From IMG/VR virus record IMGVR_UViG_3300042905_003454, positions 6,960 to 70,959 of that record: 64,000 nt of DNA; one strand, 5' to 3'. The notes beneath the pieces were generated by a model, which was not told where the DNA came from, ran no database searches, and saw only the letters and a program-made list of their open reading frames with translations. Shown here one piece after another: positions 1 through 8,407 of the stretch (positions are counted from its first letter, which is position 1; the number at the start of each line of letters is the position of its first letter). The position numbers and the translations under genes are program-made. Source of the stretch: a virus. Lineage: Duplodnaviria > Caudoviricetes.

Positions 1-197
1 TCAAATTTATCGGGAGCCTTCAATACATCGATTTCCATGGTGACACTTATTTCTTCGTTTGCTGTTTCTTTTAATGAAATTTTTCCATACCGATATACGA
101 TGTCCTTGTACTTTCCGTCCAATATTTGAATGGGACAATTTGCCCCAACATCAGTTGATACTTCAGGAACATACTTGAACTTAGGTGCTTTGTCCAT
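1..197 (-). CDS. gp40-like head vertex assembly chaperone (runs off the left edge of the window)
   Basis: Read by hand: MDKAPKFKYVPEVSTDVGANCPIQILDGKYKDIVYRYGKISLKE...; lies directly downstream of uvsX, the position of T4 gene 40. Confidence 0.55.
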   Translation of the reverse strand, partial: MDKAPKFKYVPEVSTDVGANCPIQILDGKYKDIVYRYGKISLKETANEEISVTMEIDVLKAPDKF

Positions 198-1203
198 ACT
201 TGAAATCCTTTTGAATCTCTGCGTCCAATTTATCTAGGATATCTTTGGTGTAGTATTTCTCAGGATCATCATCGATGTTCTTCTCAAACACCTTGCTTCC
301 ATCGGGAAGTTCAATTCGTGTGGATACTTTCTTGAAGATGCCATACTTTATGGCAAGATCAGTAAGACCATAATATCTGCTGAGACCTGAAGTGTAATTC
401 AAACGAGTTTCCACATGCATGTTCTCTTTGACGAATCTGTTCTTGTAATTTGTGCACTTGATGAAGATTCCTACAACACCTTCATCAGTCTTGTCCTTGC
501 TTTTGGACAGAGTGAGAATGTTGCTTGCTGCATATTTTAATCCAACACCACCACCAAGTTCCTTAGTGGGAACGTATGCACCAATCACCTGATATGTGTG
601 ATTGGTCATAAGCATGGGAATCTTGGCCTTTCCAAGTTTAAGAGTTAGCACACGGAATGTTGCCTTGGTCTGTTGGGCCTTGGTCATGTCACGAACATTC
701 TTGCCTTCAGCAGAATCGTTCATTTCCTTTTCTGTTGACAACATACCTAAAGAATCAAGAACAAACAAAACAGGCTTTCGGTCTTCTTCAGGTTGTTCAA
801 TTACATCATTAACAATCTTTAATGATTGTGTTTTAAATTCTTCAATGGTAGAGACAGGAACTACTGCAACTCTTTCCATATCGATACCACGCTGCTTGAA
901 CATATCACTGGTAATAGCTTGCTCCGTATCGAAGTAAACCACGACACCATCTTTGTTGTCCTTCAAGAACTGAGAAGCAATTCCAATAGCATAGAATGTC
1001 TTGCCTGTTGCTGGATCGCCAGCCAAGCATGAGATCTTGTTGTTTGGAAGACCACCATAGATTGTTCCCGATAGTAGTGCATTTAGAACATAAGATCCTG
1101 TGTCAATGAATCCAGTGACATCAGATCCCTCCAATCCCTCTTCAACAATCTTTGCGTCTGGGTTATTTATTTTTCCGATTAGACTTTTTAGATACTTTGA
1201 CAT
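181..1203 (-). CDS. uvsX: RecA-like recombinase UvsX
   Basis: IDTGSYVLNALLSG, Walker A GDPATGKT, VLDSLGML, GGVGLKYAAS; T4-like synteny. Confidence 0.95.
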   Translation of the reverse strand: MSKYLKSLIGKINNPDAKIVEEGLEGSDVTGFIDTGSYVLNALLSGTIYGGLPNNKISCLAGDPATGKTFYAIGIASQFLKDNKDGVVVYFDTEQAITSDMFKQRGIDMERVAVVPVSTIEEFKTQSLKIVNDVIEQPEEDRKPVLFVLDSLGMLSTEKEMNDSAEGKNVRDMTKAQQTKATFRVLTLKLGKAKIPMLMTNHTYQVIGAYVPTKELGGGVGLKYAASNILTLSKSKDKTDEGVVGIFIKCTNYKNRFVKENMHVETRLNYTSGLSRYYGLTDLAIKYGIFKKVSTRIELPDGSKVFEKNIDDDPEKYYTKDILDKLDAEIQKDFKYGQST

Positions 1204-1459
1204 TATTTTCCTTTACATACAAAATACAACCAGCGACACCTTCAGGAGTGTCATGAATAATCTTGATGGATTCGATGATTACATCATCTTTAACATCAAG
1301 TAGTCGGTCACCAACGATAAAGCATGGCCCACCTTCAAAATCGAATAAACCATCGCCAAAGCGAGAGTACAAAGACCTGCCTTCGACTTTGTAAGATCCG
1401 TCTTCAAGAAGTGTGATAATTCTTTCATCACCATATCTAGATTTAATTTTCTTTACCAT
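1163..1459 (-). CDS. hypothetical protein between polymerase and uvsX
   Basis: 98-aa ORF with its own promoter-like sequence immediately upstream. Confidence 0.6.
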   Translation of the reverse strand: MVKKIKSRYGDERIITLLEDGSYKVEGRSLYSRFGDGLFDFEGGPCFIVGDRLLDVKDDVIIESIKIIHDTPEGVAGCILYVKENNVKVSKKSNRKNK

Positions 1460-1467
1460 ATCTTAAT

Positions 1468-1495
1468 ATTATACCTCAGACAAAGAAGTCTTCAA
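1468..1495 (-). promoter_or_regulatory. sigma70-type promoter TTGAAG-N16-TATAAT, -35 element inside the pol 3' end
   Basis: -10 lies 8 nt before the ATG at 1459. Confidence 0.6.
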
Positions 1496-3980
1496 GTGAG
1501 ACTTCTGCATTTAGTTTCCAATTTATTGCTTGTAAAATGTTGTCCAACGGTTCTCCAAAAGTTTTTTCAAATTGCTTCTTGCGATCTATGTACTTCTCAA
1601 GATTGAATTCCTTGGGTGGACTGTTAATGAAACCCATGACAGCATCTTTGCCTGCCATTCCATATGGATTTGGAACCTTGACAAACACAAACTTCATCTT
1701 GTCGTTTTCCTTGATTGCTGCGTACTGCTTGTCGATCCCAATCTTTTTGCTGTAATTGTTATACAGCAATGCCGCCTTGGTTGCGATTGGTGTTCCAGTT
1801 TGGTAAATCTTTGTATTGTCAGAATACTTGTTGATTCCCTTGACTCCCCGAGGAGCTGCGACATCAGATATAGGAAGCACCATAAATTCATCATAGAATT
1901 CATTCACATATTGTCGCAGCTCCTCCGGGGTTTTGGTCAAGATGATCTTGATGCAGTCTTTTAGTTTCTTTCGAACAATTGCTGGCGTACTGCTTCTTGC
2001 AGTTTCCAGACCCATGATCTTCAGTTTGGGTTCTTCAAAGCGAATGCCTTCAAGATCCTGCACAAGCAAGGCATACCTCTTCTTGGCAATAAACATTCCA
2101 GCGGAAGCAATTGCTTCACGCTTGAAGAAGATCTTGTTCTCAGAGCAATTCAATGTCTTTGTGAGAAGATCCATTTCTTTCTTAAGTTCTGGCTGAATCT
2201 TCTGTTCACAGATCTTGTCAACGAAATCGGTGATGTCCGTGATTTGGGTCTTTTGCTGAATTTGAGTAATGATATCATCAAGATTCAGATAGACAGAATC
2301 CGTATCCACGGCAAGGACATAATCCTTGTCATTATCCTTTGTCAGATGACGAATGTACCCATTCATGCAGTTCTCTGCTGTTCGAATGATTACCTGACCC
2401 GTAACAGTAACGGCTGTCGCCAACTCAGGTGAAGAATAGATGAACGCTGGGTTTCCCAAGCAACCGTAAAGACTGTTTGCCAAAATCTTCTTTACTGACT
2501 GACGAATCTTTAGTGCTGCAATACGTGGAAGAAGATTGGCATCCTTGGAATGCTCATATTCCTTCTCCAACTCCAACATCTTGTTCTTGGCTTCCTTTCT
2601 CTGATTGAATGTGCGCTCAATCAGAATAGGAATGAATCCAAGAATGTTATTCGTGAACATGGATCCATTGCAGGCCAAACAAGCATTTTGATCTGATGCT
2701 TCTTCAACCAAAGAAGGAATTTGTTTTTTCTTGCTTCTCAAGAAATCATCTGCACTTAGAGATGCATCTTTCTTGATGCAAGTCTCAGGAGAAATATTCC
2801 ATCCCATTATGATACTTGGATACAGGCTTGTAGCATCGAAGCTGACTACATTCTTATACAGACCTGGTGCAACATCCTTAACATACGCACCGACAAATTG
2901 GTCATCCTTGGCATATGAGGTCTGTATTGGTGGAATGATGTCCTTGCGAAGAAGATAATCACAACAAATTGTTCCCCAAATTCTTGTGGCAAAGAATACA
3001 ACATCAAATGGAATCTTGGCTTCGTATGCAATAGAAACAGCCAAGTCGATAAGACGAAGTTTATTCTCTAATTTTTCAATTAGTTCAACATCTTGAATGT
3101 TATATTCCGCAAATCGCTGGAAGTTTTTTGTATAGAATTCTCGGAGAGAACCATATTCTGAGTAATCCAGTTTCTGTTCATCCAACTCTGCTTTGGCAAT
3201 AAAATTTAGGGCATAACTTTCTTGGCTGGTACCAGAGAACTTCTTGTAAAGATCCATGTAGTCAAGCGTGGTATATCCCGGAAACTCAAACAATCTGTAA
3301 TCAGTTCCACCAATGTTTGTCTCGCGCTCTTTCATTAGATTGAAAGGAAGCCAAGACTGAATCTCCTTGTCATCGAAGAACAAGCGAGCCCTACCAATGA
3401 TGTATGGAATATCGAAAAGTTTGACGTTCCATCCAGTAAGTACGTCAATGTCTTCTTTGCGAAGCAACTCAAAAAACTTTTGAATAAGTTCCTTCTCGGA
3501 AGAAACTAGAATAAGTTTGCAGTTTGGAATTGAAACTTGCTTCTCTGTGATGGCATAGTTGACACCCGAGATTCTAACACCAATGATATTGATCTTCTCA
3601 TTTGGACTGCGAAGATCGGGGAATCCACCTTCAGTCTCAGTCTCAATGTCAAAGTATGCTATCTTGATTTGGGAAAGATCGTATACCACCTCACTCTCGT
3701 AAGTCTCCAAGAGATATTGAGTGACGAAATCAGTATTTCCGTAAATTGGCGAATCATTCAAGTCCTCATATTGCTTCAGGAACTCCCTGCAGTCATAGAG
3801 AGTGTCAAAGACCATTCTCTTGACACCGATGCCATTGAGAGTCTTGTACTTGGTTTCCTTGTCTGATTTGATGAACAAGGATGGCTTAAAGGAAACGGAG
3901 TCGGTAAACCGAACTCCGTTCTTATAGCCCCTTACAAGAATCTTGTTGCCTTTGATTGCGCAGGCAGTATAAAATTTCAT
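1476..3980 (-). CDS. gp43: family B DNA polymerase (gp43)
   Basis: Exo I FDIET, SFDATSLYPS, KILANSLYG, DTDS, KKRYAL, C-terminal clamp-binding SLEDFF; no intein or intron apparent. Confidence 0.97.
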   Translation of the reverse strand: MKFYTACAIKGNKILVRGYKNGVRFTDSVSFKPSLFIKSDKETKYKTLNGIGVKRMVFDTLYDCREFLKQYEDLNDSPIYGNTDFVTQYLLETYESEVVYDLSQIKIAYFDIETETEGGFPDLRSPNEKINIIGVRISGVNYAITEKQVSIPNCKLILVSSEKELIQKFFELLRKEDIDVLTGWNVKLFDIPYIIGRARLFFDDKEIQSWLPFNLMKERETNIGGTDYRLFEFPGYTTLDYMDLYKKFSGTSQESYALNFIAKAELDEQKLDYSEYGSLREFYTKNFQRFAEYNIQDVELIEKLENKLRLIDLAVSIAYEAKIPFDVVFFATRIWGTICCDYLLRKDIIPPIQTSYAKDDQFVGAYVKDVAPGLYKNVVSFDATSLYPSIIMGWNISPETCIKKDASLSADDFLRSKKKQIPSLVEEASDQNACLACNGSMFTNNILGFIPILIERTFNQRKEAKNKMLELEKEYEHSKDANLLPRIAALKIRQSVKKILANSLYGCLGNPAFIYSSPELATAVTVTGQVIIRTAENCMNGYIRHLTKDNDKDYVLAVDTDSVYLNLDDIITQIQQKTQITDITDFVDKICEQKIQPELKKEMDLLTKTLNCSENKIFFKREAIASAGMFIAKKRYALLVQDLEGIRFEEPKLKIMGLETARSSTPAIVRKKLKDCIKIILTKTPEELRQYVNEFYDEFMVLPISDVAAPRGVKGINKYSDNTKIYQTGTPIATKAALLYNNYSKKIGIDKQYAAIKENDKMKFVFVKVPNPYGMAGKDAVMGFINSPPKEFNLEKYIDRKKQFEKTFGEPLDNILQAINWKLNAEVSLEDFFV

Positions 3981-4300
3981 TGTGGTTTGTTGTTCTCTTT
4001 TTCCTGTATCAATGCGTAGAGCAGTACAAAATAATTGATGTTGTCCTGAATAGCATCATATACTGATTCATTCTTAACACTCAATTCGCCTCTTGTCAAG
4101 AAAGAGGAAATACGAGACATCTTATCTAGGATACGACAACAAAGCCCATTTTCCGCCGTACCAAAGCCCATGATTTCTGGACGTTTAAAATTAACCAAAG
4201 CATCATGTTGATTGGCATAGTCTTTGGACTTTTGCTTCATAATGACCAAGGCTTCAGAAGTTAATTTTTCATGTAATTTAAAGAGATCATCTGGTTTCAT
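3977..4300 (-). CDS. Nmad1/DUF1599-like all-alpha (MazG-superfamily-like) protein
   Basis: KSKDYA, RILDKMSRI and ESVYDAIQDNINY motifs; overlaps the pol start (ATGA). Confidence 0.65.
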   Translation of the reverse strand: MKPDDLFKLHEKLTSEALVIMKQKSKDYANQHDALVNFKRPEIMGFGTAENGLCCRILDKMSRISSFLTRGELSVKNESVYDAIQDNINYFVLLYALIQEKENNKPQ

Positions 4301-4307
4301 ACGCCCA

Positions 4308-4335
4308 AGTATAGACTCTTGGCTGTAAATGTCAA
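4308..4335 (-). promoter_or_regulatory. sigma70-type promoter TTGACA-N16-TATACT
   Basis: Near-consensus elements; 7 nt before the ATG at 4300. Confidence 0.75.
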
Positions 4336-4359
4336 ATTATTTTGATTGGTTTTTTACTT

Positions 4360-4367
4360 TATAAATA
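4360..4367 (+). promoter_or_regulatory. T4-type late promoter TATAAATA
   Basis: Exact gp55 consensus upstream of the + strand lysis-like unit. Confidence 0.7.
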
Positions 4368-4394
4368 TTAAAGTCATCCCGGAGTTTCATTAAG

Positions 4395-5003
4395 ATGTAC
4401 CTAATTTCCCTAATAGACCCTACCAAATTTCTTGAAGCCACAACATTAGTAGTCGCAGGAACCCTAGGGGTAATTTGGGGAATTGTAAAATTTTGGCAAG
4501 GAAAAAAGAAAGACGATAATTTTATAGAAGTTCATACAGAAATTCATGAACTTCTCACGGAACTTAGAGTTAAAAATAGTGCCATGAGAGCTAGTATAAT
4601 TCAGTTCCATAATGGTGAGTATACAATGGATGGAATTTCAATGCGTAAATTCTCCGTTACTCACGAATCAACGCACAAGGGATATACATCACAAGTAATG
4701 AAACTCAAAGGGACACTTTGTTCGATGTATATTCCCTTATTGACAAAAATTGTGGAAAACAAAAGCACCATCCATCATACAAACATGCTTCCCCACAGTT
4801 ATGTGAAGGGCTTTTTTGAAGACGAAAATGTATCTCAATATGCTTGTTTGCCATTAAAAAACAAGGGTGCAAATGTAGGTTTTATTTTAGTTCAATGGCA
4901 TCACGATTTTGAAATACCAAGTGAAGCACAAGAAGAAGCCATGAATATTTTTGAAAATCTTCGTGATTCTATAGCGATACAACTTTCACAACAAAAGAAT
5001 TGA
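4395..5003 (+). CDS. single-TM protein with GAF-like domain (T4 holin T-like architecture)
   Basis: N-terminal hydrophobic helix (TLVVAGTLGVIWGIVKFW), then a GAF-like pattern (ASIIQFHNG...YACLPL...VGFILVQW). Confidence 0.5.
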   Translation: MYLISLIDPTKFLEATTLVVAGTLGVIWGIVKFWQGKKKDDNFIEVHTEIHELLTELRVKNSAMRASIIQFHNGEYTMDGISMRKFSVTHESTHKGYTSQVMKLKGTLCSMYIPLLTKIVENKSTIHHTNMLPHSYVKGFFEDENVSQYACLPLKNKGANVGFILVQWHHDFEIPSEAQEEAMNIFENLRDSIAIQLSQQKN

Positions 5004-5010
5004 GGAATTT

Positions 5011-5445
5011 ATGCCAACAGAATTGATATCATTATTGGGTGGAGGGGTCACAGGATTTCTATTCCGCTACTGGGCTCAACAGGCCCAAGACCGAAAAGAA
5101 ATGTTTGAAATGGCTATGGGAGCCAATAAGCAAACCACAGACAATCAAGACAAGGCTGTCCAGAGAGTCCCACTTGATATGGGAAAGAATGTTAGACGAA
5201 TCATTGTTCTTGCCTGCTTATTTGCCGTAGTAGCAGCCCCATTTGTTCTCCCTTTCTTCGGGATTTCAACATTTGCTGAGTTTACACAAAAACAACCAGA
5301 AAGTTTCTTTGGTTTGATTCCAGAGACAACTAAAAAATACTTTGTAGAAATTCCAGGATATTTGTTTGCCGAAGAGAACCGCCAAGTTCTATTGGCAGTC
5401 GTCGGTTTCTACTTTGGTACAGCAGCAGGAGGAAATAAGTCATGA
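5011..5445 (+). CDS. putative 3-TM holin
   Basis: Three hydrophobic segments and a C-terminal VVGFYFG typical of 3TM holins; SD gagga. Confidence 0.5.
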   Translation: MPTELISLLGGGVTGFLFRYWAQQAQDRKEMFEMAMGANKQTTDNQDKAVQRVPLDMGKNVRRIIVLACLFAVVAAPFVLPFFGISTFAEFTQKQPESFFGLIPETTKKYFVEIPGYLFAEENRQVLLAVVGFYFGTAAGGNKS

Positions 5446-5684
5446 AATATCTTCTACCACTCTTATTACTTGCTTCCTGCACCACCCCACAGATCATCTC
5501 TCCTTTGGACAAGAAGGGAAACCCAATTCACAGCGTCCTGAAGGAACCATTCTTTGGAAGCCCAAGTCAGCCCTCTGAATGGTCTTTCTGGTATGTGATA
5601 ATTTGCATGGTTGCTCTTTGGTTCATTTGGAAAGAAGTTAGAAAATTTCTAGTCAAAACACCACCCAAATCAGAAGATAAATAA
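5442..5684 (+). CDS. small lipoprotein with C-terminal TM (u-spanin-like)
   Basis: Lipobox LLLAS-C13; TM WSFWYVIICMVALWFIW followed by a basic tail. Confidence 0.5.
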   Translation: MKYLLPLLLLASCTTPQIISPLDKKGNPIHSVLKEPFFGSPSQPSEWSFWYVIICMVALWFIWKEVRKFLVKTPPKSEDK

Positions 5685-5701
5685 TCCTGTAGAGGAATCA
5701 A

Positions 5702-7258
5702 ATGGCCGTAAAGAAGATAATGGACACATTTTTTGCCAGCATGCAAGAACAAACCATGGCTGGCTACGGTGGAAAACTCGTAAATACACCGATGGGACCA
5801 TTCCGCTGGAATGATACCATGCAACTTTGGGAGAATGTGAACAATGGAATGGTGATGAACAACATTTCGTTCCAAGACTCCATTATGATGCTTGATTACG
5901 CTTCATATGACGGTGGAATGCCAACTGTATCCGGTGGTGATCCAAGTTTGATTCTTTATCTAAATTTTGCTGCAAATTCTATTGGTTCCATGACATACGC
6001 CCGTGGTGGAACAGCATCTTACATTGATTCTGACAAATTTGTCAAGTTTGTCGTTCCAAACACACCAAGATTCAGTTATCTGCCAAGTGGCACGGATAAT
6101 GGTTTGTTGATTGAAGAACGCTCAATTAATTATATTTCTCAAGGAAATTGCTTTGGTGTTTCACCATGGACTCCTAGAAATTCAAATTTTACAGCCGTAG
6201 ATACTAAACCGGAATATGGATTAGCACCAGATAATTTAACAGAACCTTGGCTAATAATGCCAAGAGGTGAAACTCAATCATATACTCAACATGGTTTACA
6301 AATAACTCCGGGAGTTGGTTTAGATGGTTCAACTTATACATTTTCTTTCTGGGCAAAGGGATTTGGTATTACTTATAATCGATATGTAGGAGTGTATTTG
6401 GACAATAATAATAACAACGCTGCCACATTTGATCTTGATGGATTGACTAGTGATAATTTTGGTTATGCATCACCATCATATGGACCTGCATTTTCAAAAA
6501 TTACTGCGTATCCCAATGGCTGGAGAAGAGTTGAGATGACTGGTGTTATTTCATTCCCCGGAATGGCCTGTGTAATAGTACCTCTTCCCTATTACAATAT
6601 ATGGTATGTTGGTGATGGATTTACTGGAGGTACTGGAAACACGTCCGGTATTTTGGTATGGGGTGCTCAGTTTGAATTAAATTCTTCTGCGTCTTCTTAT
6701 ATTCAAACCACGGGCGCAACAGCATTGCGTGGAAATGATTATGCTTACTTCTCAGGAACAGGATTTACATCTTGGTTCGGAGCATCACAAGGAACATTTT
6801 TGATTGAATTTGATCGCAAAGAACGTGGTCATACTGCAGACAATGTAAAAGTTAAAACTGTTATGGCCACCAATTGGAATCAAGGAACCTGCGCTGGATT
6901 TGCTTTGGATTATTCAAGTATAGTTACAACACCGTCATTAAGGTTTAGAGATTCTACACCCTCAACATTTACTGTAATAACCGCTGGAGTTCTTCCCGGA
7001 ATCAATAAAGTTGCCTTTAGTTATAATTTAACGGGCAGCACATATGATATATCTGCAAATCTAAATGGTCTTTGCACAGGAACTGGAAGTGTTGCATCCA
7101 GCAGAATAAACTTGGCTGGTGCTTCTTACATGACCTTTGGATACAAAGATACCGAATTGGGTGCTACTGCCTTCGATTACTTGAACACCATAATTCGTTC
7201 TGTAAAGTACTGGAATGTTGTCAAGACTCCAGCAGAGTTGCAACAACTATCCAGTTAA
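5702..7258 (+). CDS. virion fibre/spike-like protein with lectin-like beta domains
   Basis: RGGTASY...PRF...GLLIEE..N and WGAQFE...SSYIQT motifs; paralogous to the C-terminal half of 16916..19240; ATAAATA at 5677 and an SD. Confidence 0.6.
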   Translation: MAVKKIMDTFFASMQEQTMAGYGGKLVNTPMGPFRWNDTMQLWENVNNGMVMNNISFQDSIMMLDYASYDGGMPTVSGGDPSLILYLNFAANSIGSMTYARGGTASYIDSDKFVKFVVPNTPRFSYLPSGTDNGLLIEERSINYISQGNCFGVSPWTPRNSNFTAVDTKPEYGLAPDNLTEPWLIMPRGETQSYTQHGLQITPGVGLDGSTYTFSFWAKGFGITYNRYVGVYLDNNNNNAATFDLDGLTSDNFGYASPSYGPAFSKITAYPNGWRRVEMTGVISFPGMACVIVPLPYYNIWYVGDGFTGGTGNTSGILVWGAQFELNSSASSYIQTTGATALRGNDYAYFSGTGFTSWFGASQGTFLIEFDRKERGHTADNVKVKTVMATNWNQGTCAGFALDYSSIVTTPSLRFRDSTPSTFTVITAGVLPGINKVAFSYNLTGSTYDISANLNGLCTGTGSVASSRINLAGASYMTFGYKDTELGATAFDYLNTIIRSVKYWNVVKTPAELQQLSS

Positions 7259-7773
7259 TTCTTTCCAGTACTTCCAAACCCACCGACACGATTTGATTTC
7301 TGTGTAGGCTGCTCCCAAGTCTCTTCAATATCAAATTGCTCATATCGTACCAATTCACCCTGAGCAATCCTATCTCCATGGTACACTTTCATAATTTCAT
7401 CTGAACTATTGAGAACAATTATCTGGGTTTCATTGACATAATCCTCGTCAATAACTCCCTCACAGTTGGCAAGAATCAAGCCATACTTCAAGGCCATTCC
7501 AGACCTTGGATGGATGCGCATGGAATATCCTTCAGGAAGATCAAAGATCAATCCAGTACGAATCATGGCTCTTTCGTTTGGTGCGATGGAAATATAAGAC
7601 TTTCCATTTGAACCATCATGCTCAACTCTGAATTCTCTTTGAGTCTTTCCAGCCCATATGTTTACCTTTGAGTTGGTTGGAAGGTATGCTGCTAGATCAA
7701 AGCAGGCAGCTTTACGGGTTTGATAATTTGGGATCTGTGCGTCTGGTTCTACTTTATATACTTTTAGACTCAT
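7255..7773 (-). CDS. dut: trimeric dUTPase
   Basis: AACFDL, PRSG, GVIDEDY, GDRIAQ, RVGGFGSTG. Confidence 0.95.
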   Translation of the reverse strand: MSLKVYKVEPDAQIPNYQTRKAACFDLAAYLPTNSKVNIWAGKTQREFRVEHDGSNGKSYISIAPNERAMIRTGLIFDLPEGYSMRIHPRSGMALKYGLILANCEGVIDEDYVNETQIIVLNSSDEIMKVYHGDRIAQGELVRYEQFDIEETWEQPTQKSNRVGGFGSTGKN

Positions 7774-7779
7774 AGTTTA

Positions 7780-7807
7780 AATATACATAAAATTAAAGGT
7801 ATGTCAA
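7780..7807 (-). promoter_or_regulatory. sigma70-type promoter TTGACA-N16-TATATT
   Basis: 6 nt before the dut ATG; no SD. Confidence 0.7.
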
Positions 7808-8124
7808 GTAATTTCAAGGACTGAAACAAATGCATGAAAAATGCCCGTTAAACCAGCAGTTGCTCGTAAAGTGTTTCCTGTTTCTAACACTATTGGAGCA
7901 TCAATAACTTGAAAACTTGATTGTATTGGAACTACGCCATTTGTAATAATAGAAAATGCAGTAGAACCCTTTAAAACTTCTAAAGTTATAGTAGCAGAAT
8001 TCAATGAATTAATATTACTAAAATTTACGCTATTGACAATGGCTGTTCCAGTAACACCAGAATAAATTGTTGTTGCTGCAGTCGTTCCTAAAATTGTTCC
8101 AAAACTTTTATATGTTTCTGGCAT
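7804..8124 (-). CDS. small beta-rich virion protein, cassette copy 2, gene D
   Basis: Paralog of 10580..10906 (MP.T.KS...LGTTA...VPIQ.SFQ.I..PIVLE...S.LEIT). Confidence 0.7.
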   Translation of the reverse strand: MPETYKSFGTILGTTAATTIYSGVTGTAIVNSVNFSNINSLNSATITLEVLKGSTAFSIITNGVVPIQSSFQVIDAPIVLETGNTLRATAGLTGIFHAFVSVLEIT

Positions 8125-8142
8125 GTGTATTTCCTATTATAA

Positions 8143-8397
8143 TTATATATTTGGTGGGGGTTTGATTCCTAGCATCAAAAACAAAGATTCTTGAGGGTCC
8201 GTTGGATCTTCTTTTTTTGTAATATTGTAATGCAATCTGGCATCTTGTTCTGTGTCAAACCATTTCCATCCACCTATTGGATATTCGTAATTATCTTTTT
8301 GTTCCCGATAAAGATTATATGAACCAGTTAATACATAATTTTTTCCATAAAGAAGCATCCCATCATCATTTTTGTAAAATCCTGAAGTATCTTCCAT
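8143..8397 (-). CDS. small protein, cassette copy 2, gene C (possible fibre assembly chaperone)
   Basis: Paralog of 10908..11138 (T.GFY, KD.Y.YPI.GW.W). Confidence 0.65.
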   Translation of the reverse strand: MEDTSGFYKNDDGMLLYGKNYVLTGSYNLYREQKDNYEYPIGGWKWFDTEQDARLHYNITKKEDPTDPQESLFLMLGIKPPPNI

Positions 8398-8407
8398 TTT
8401 TTACTCC

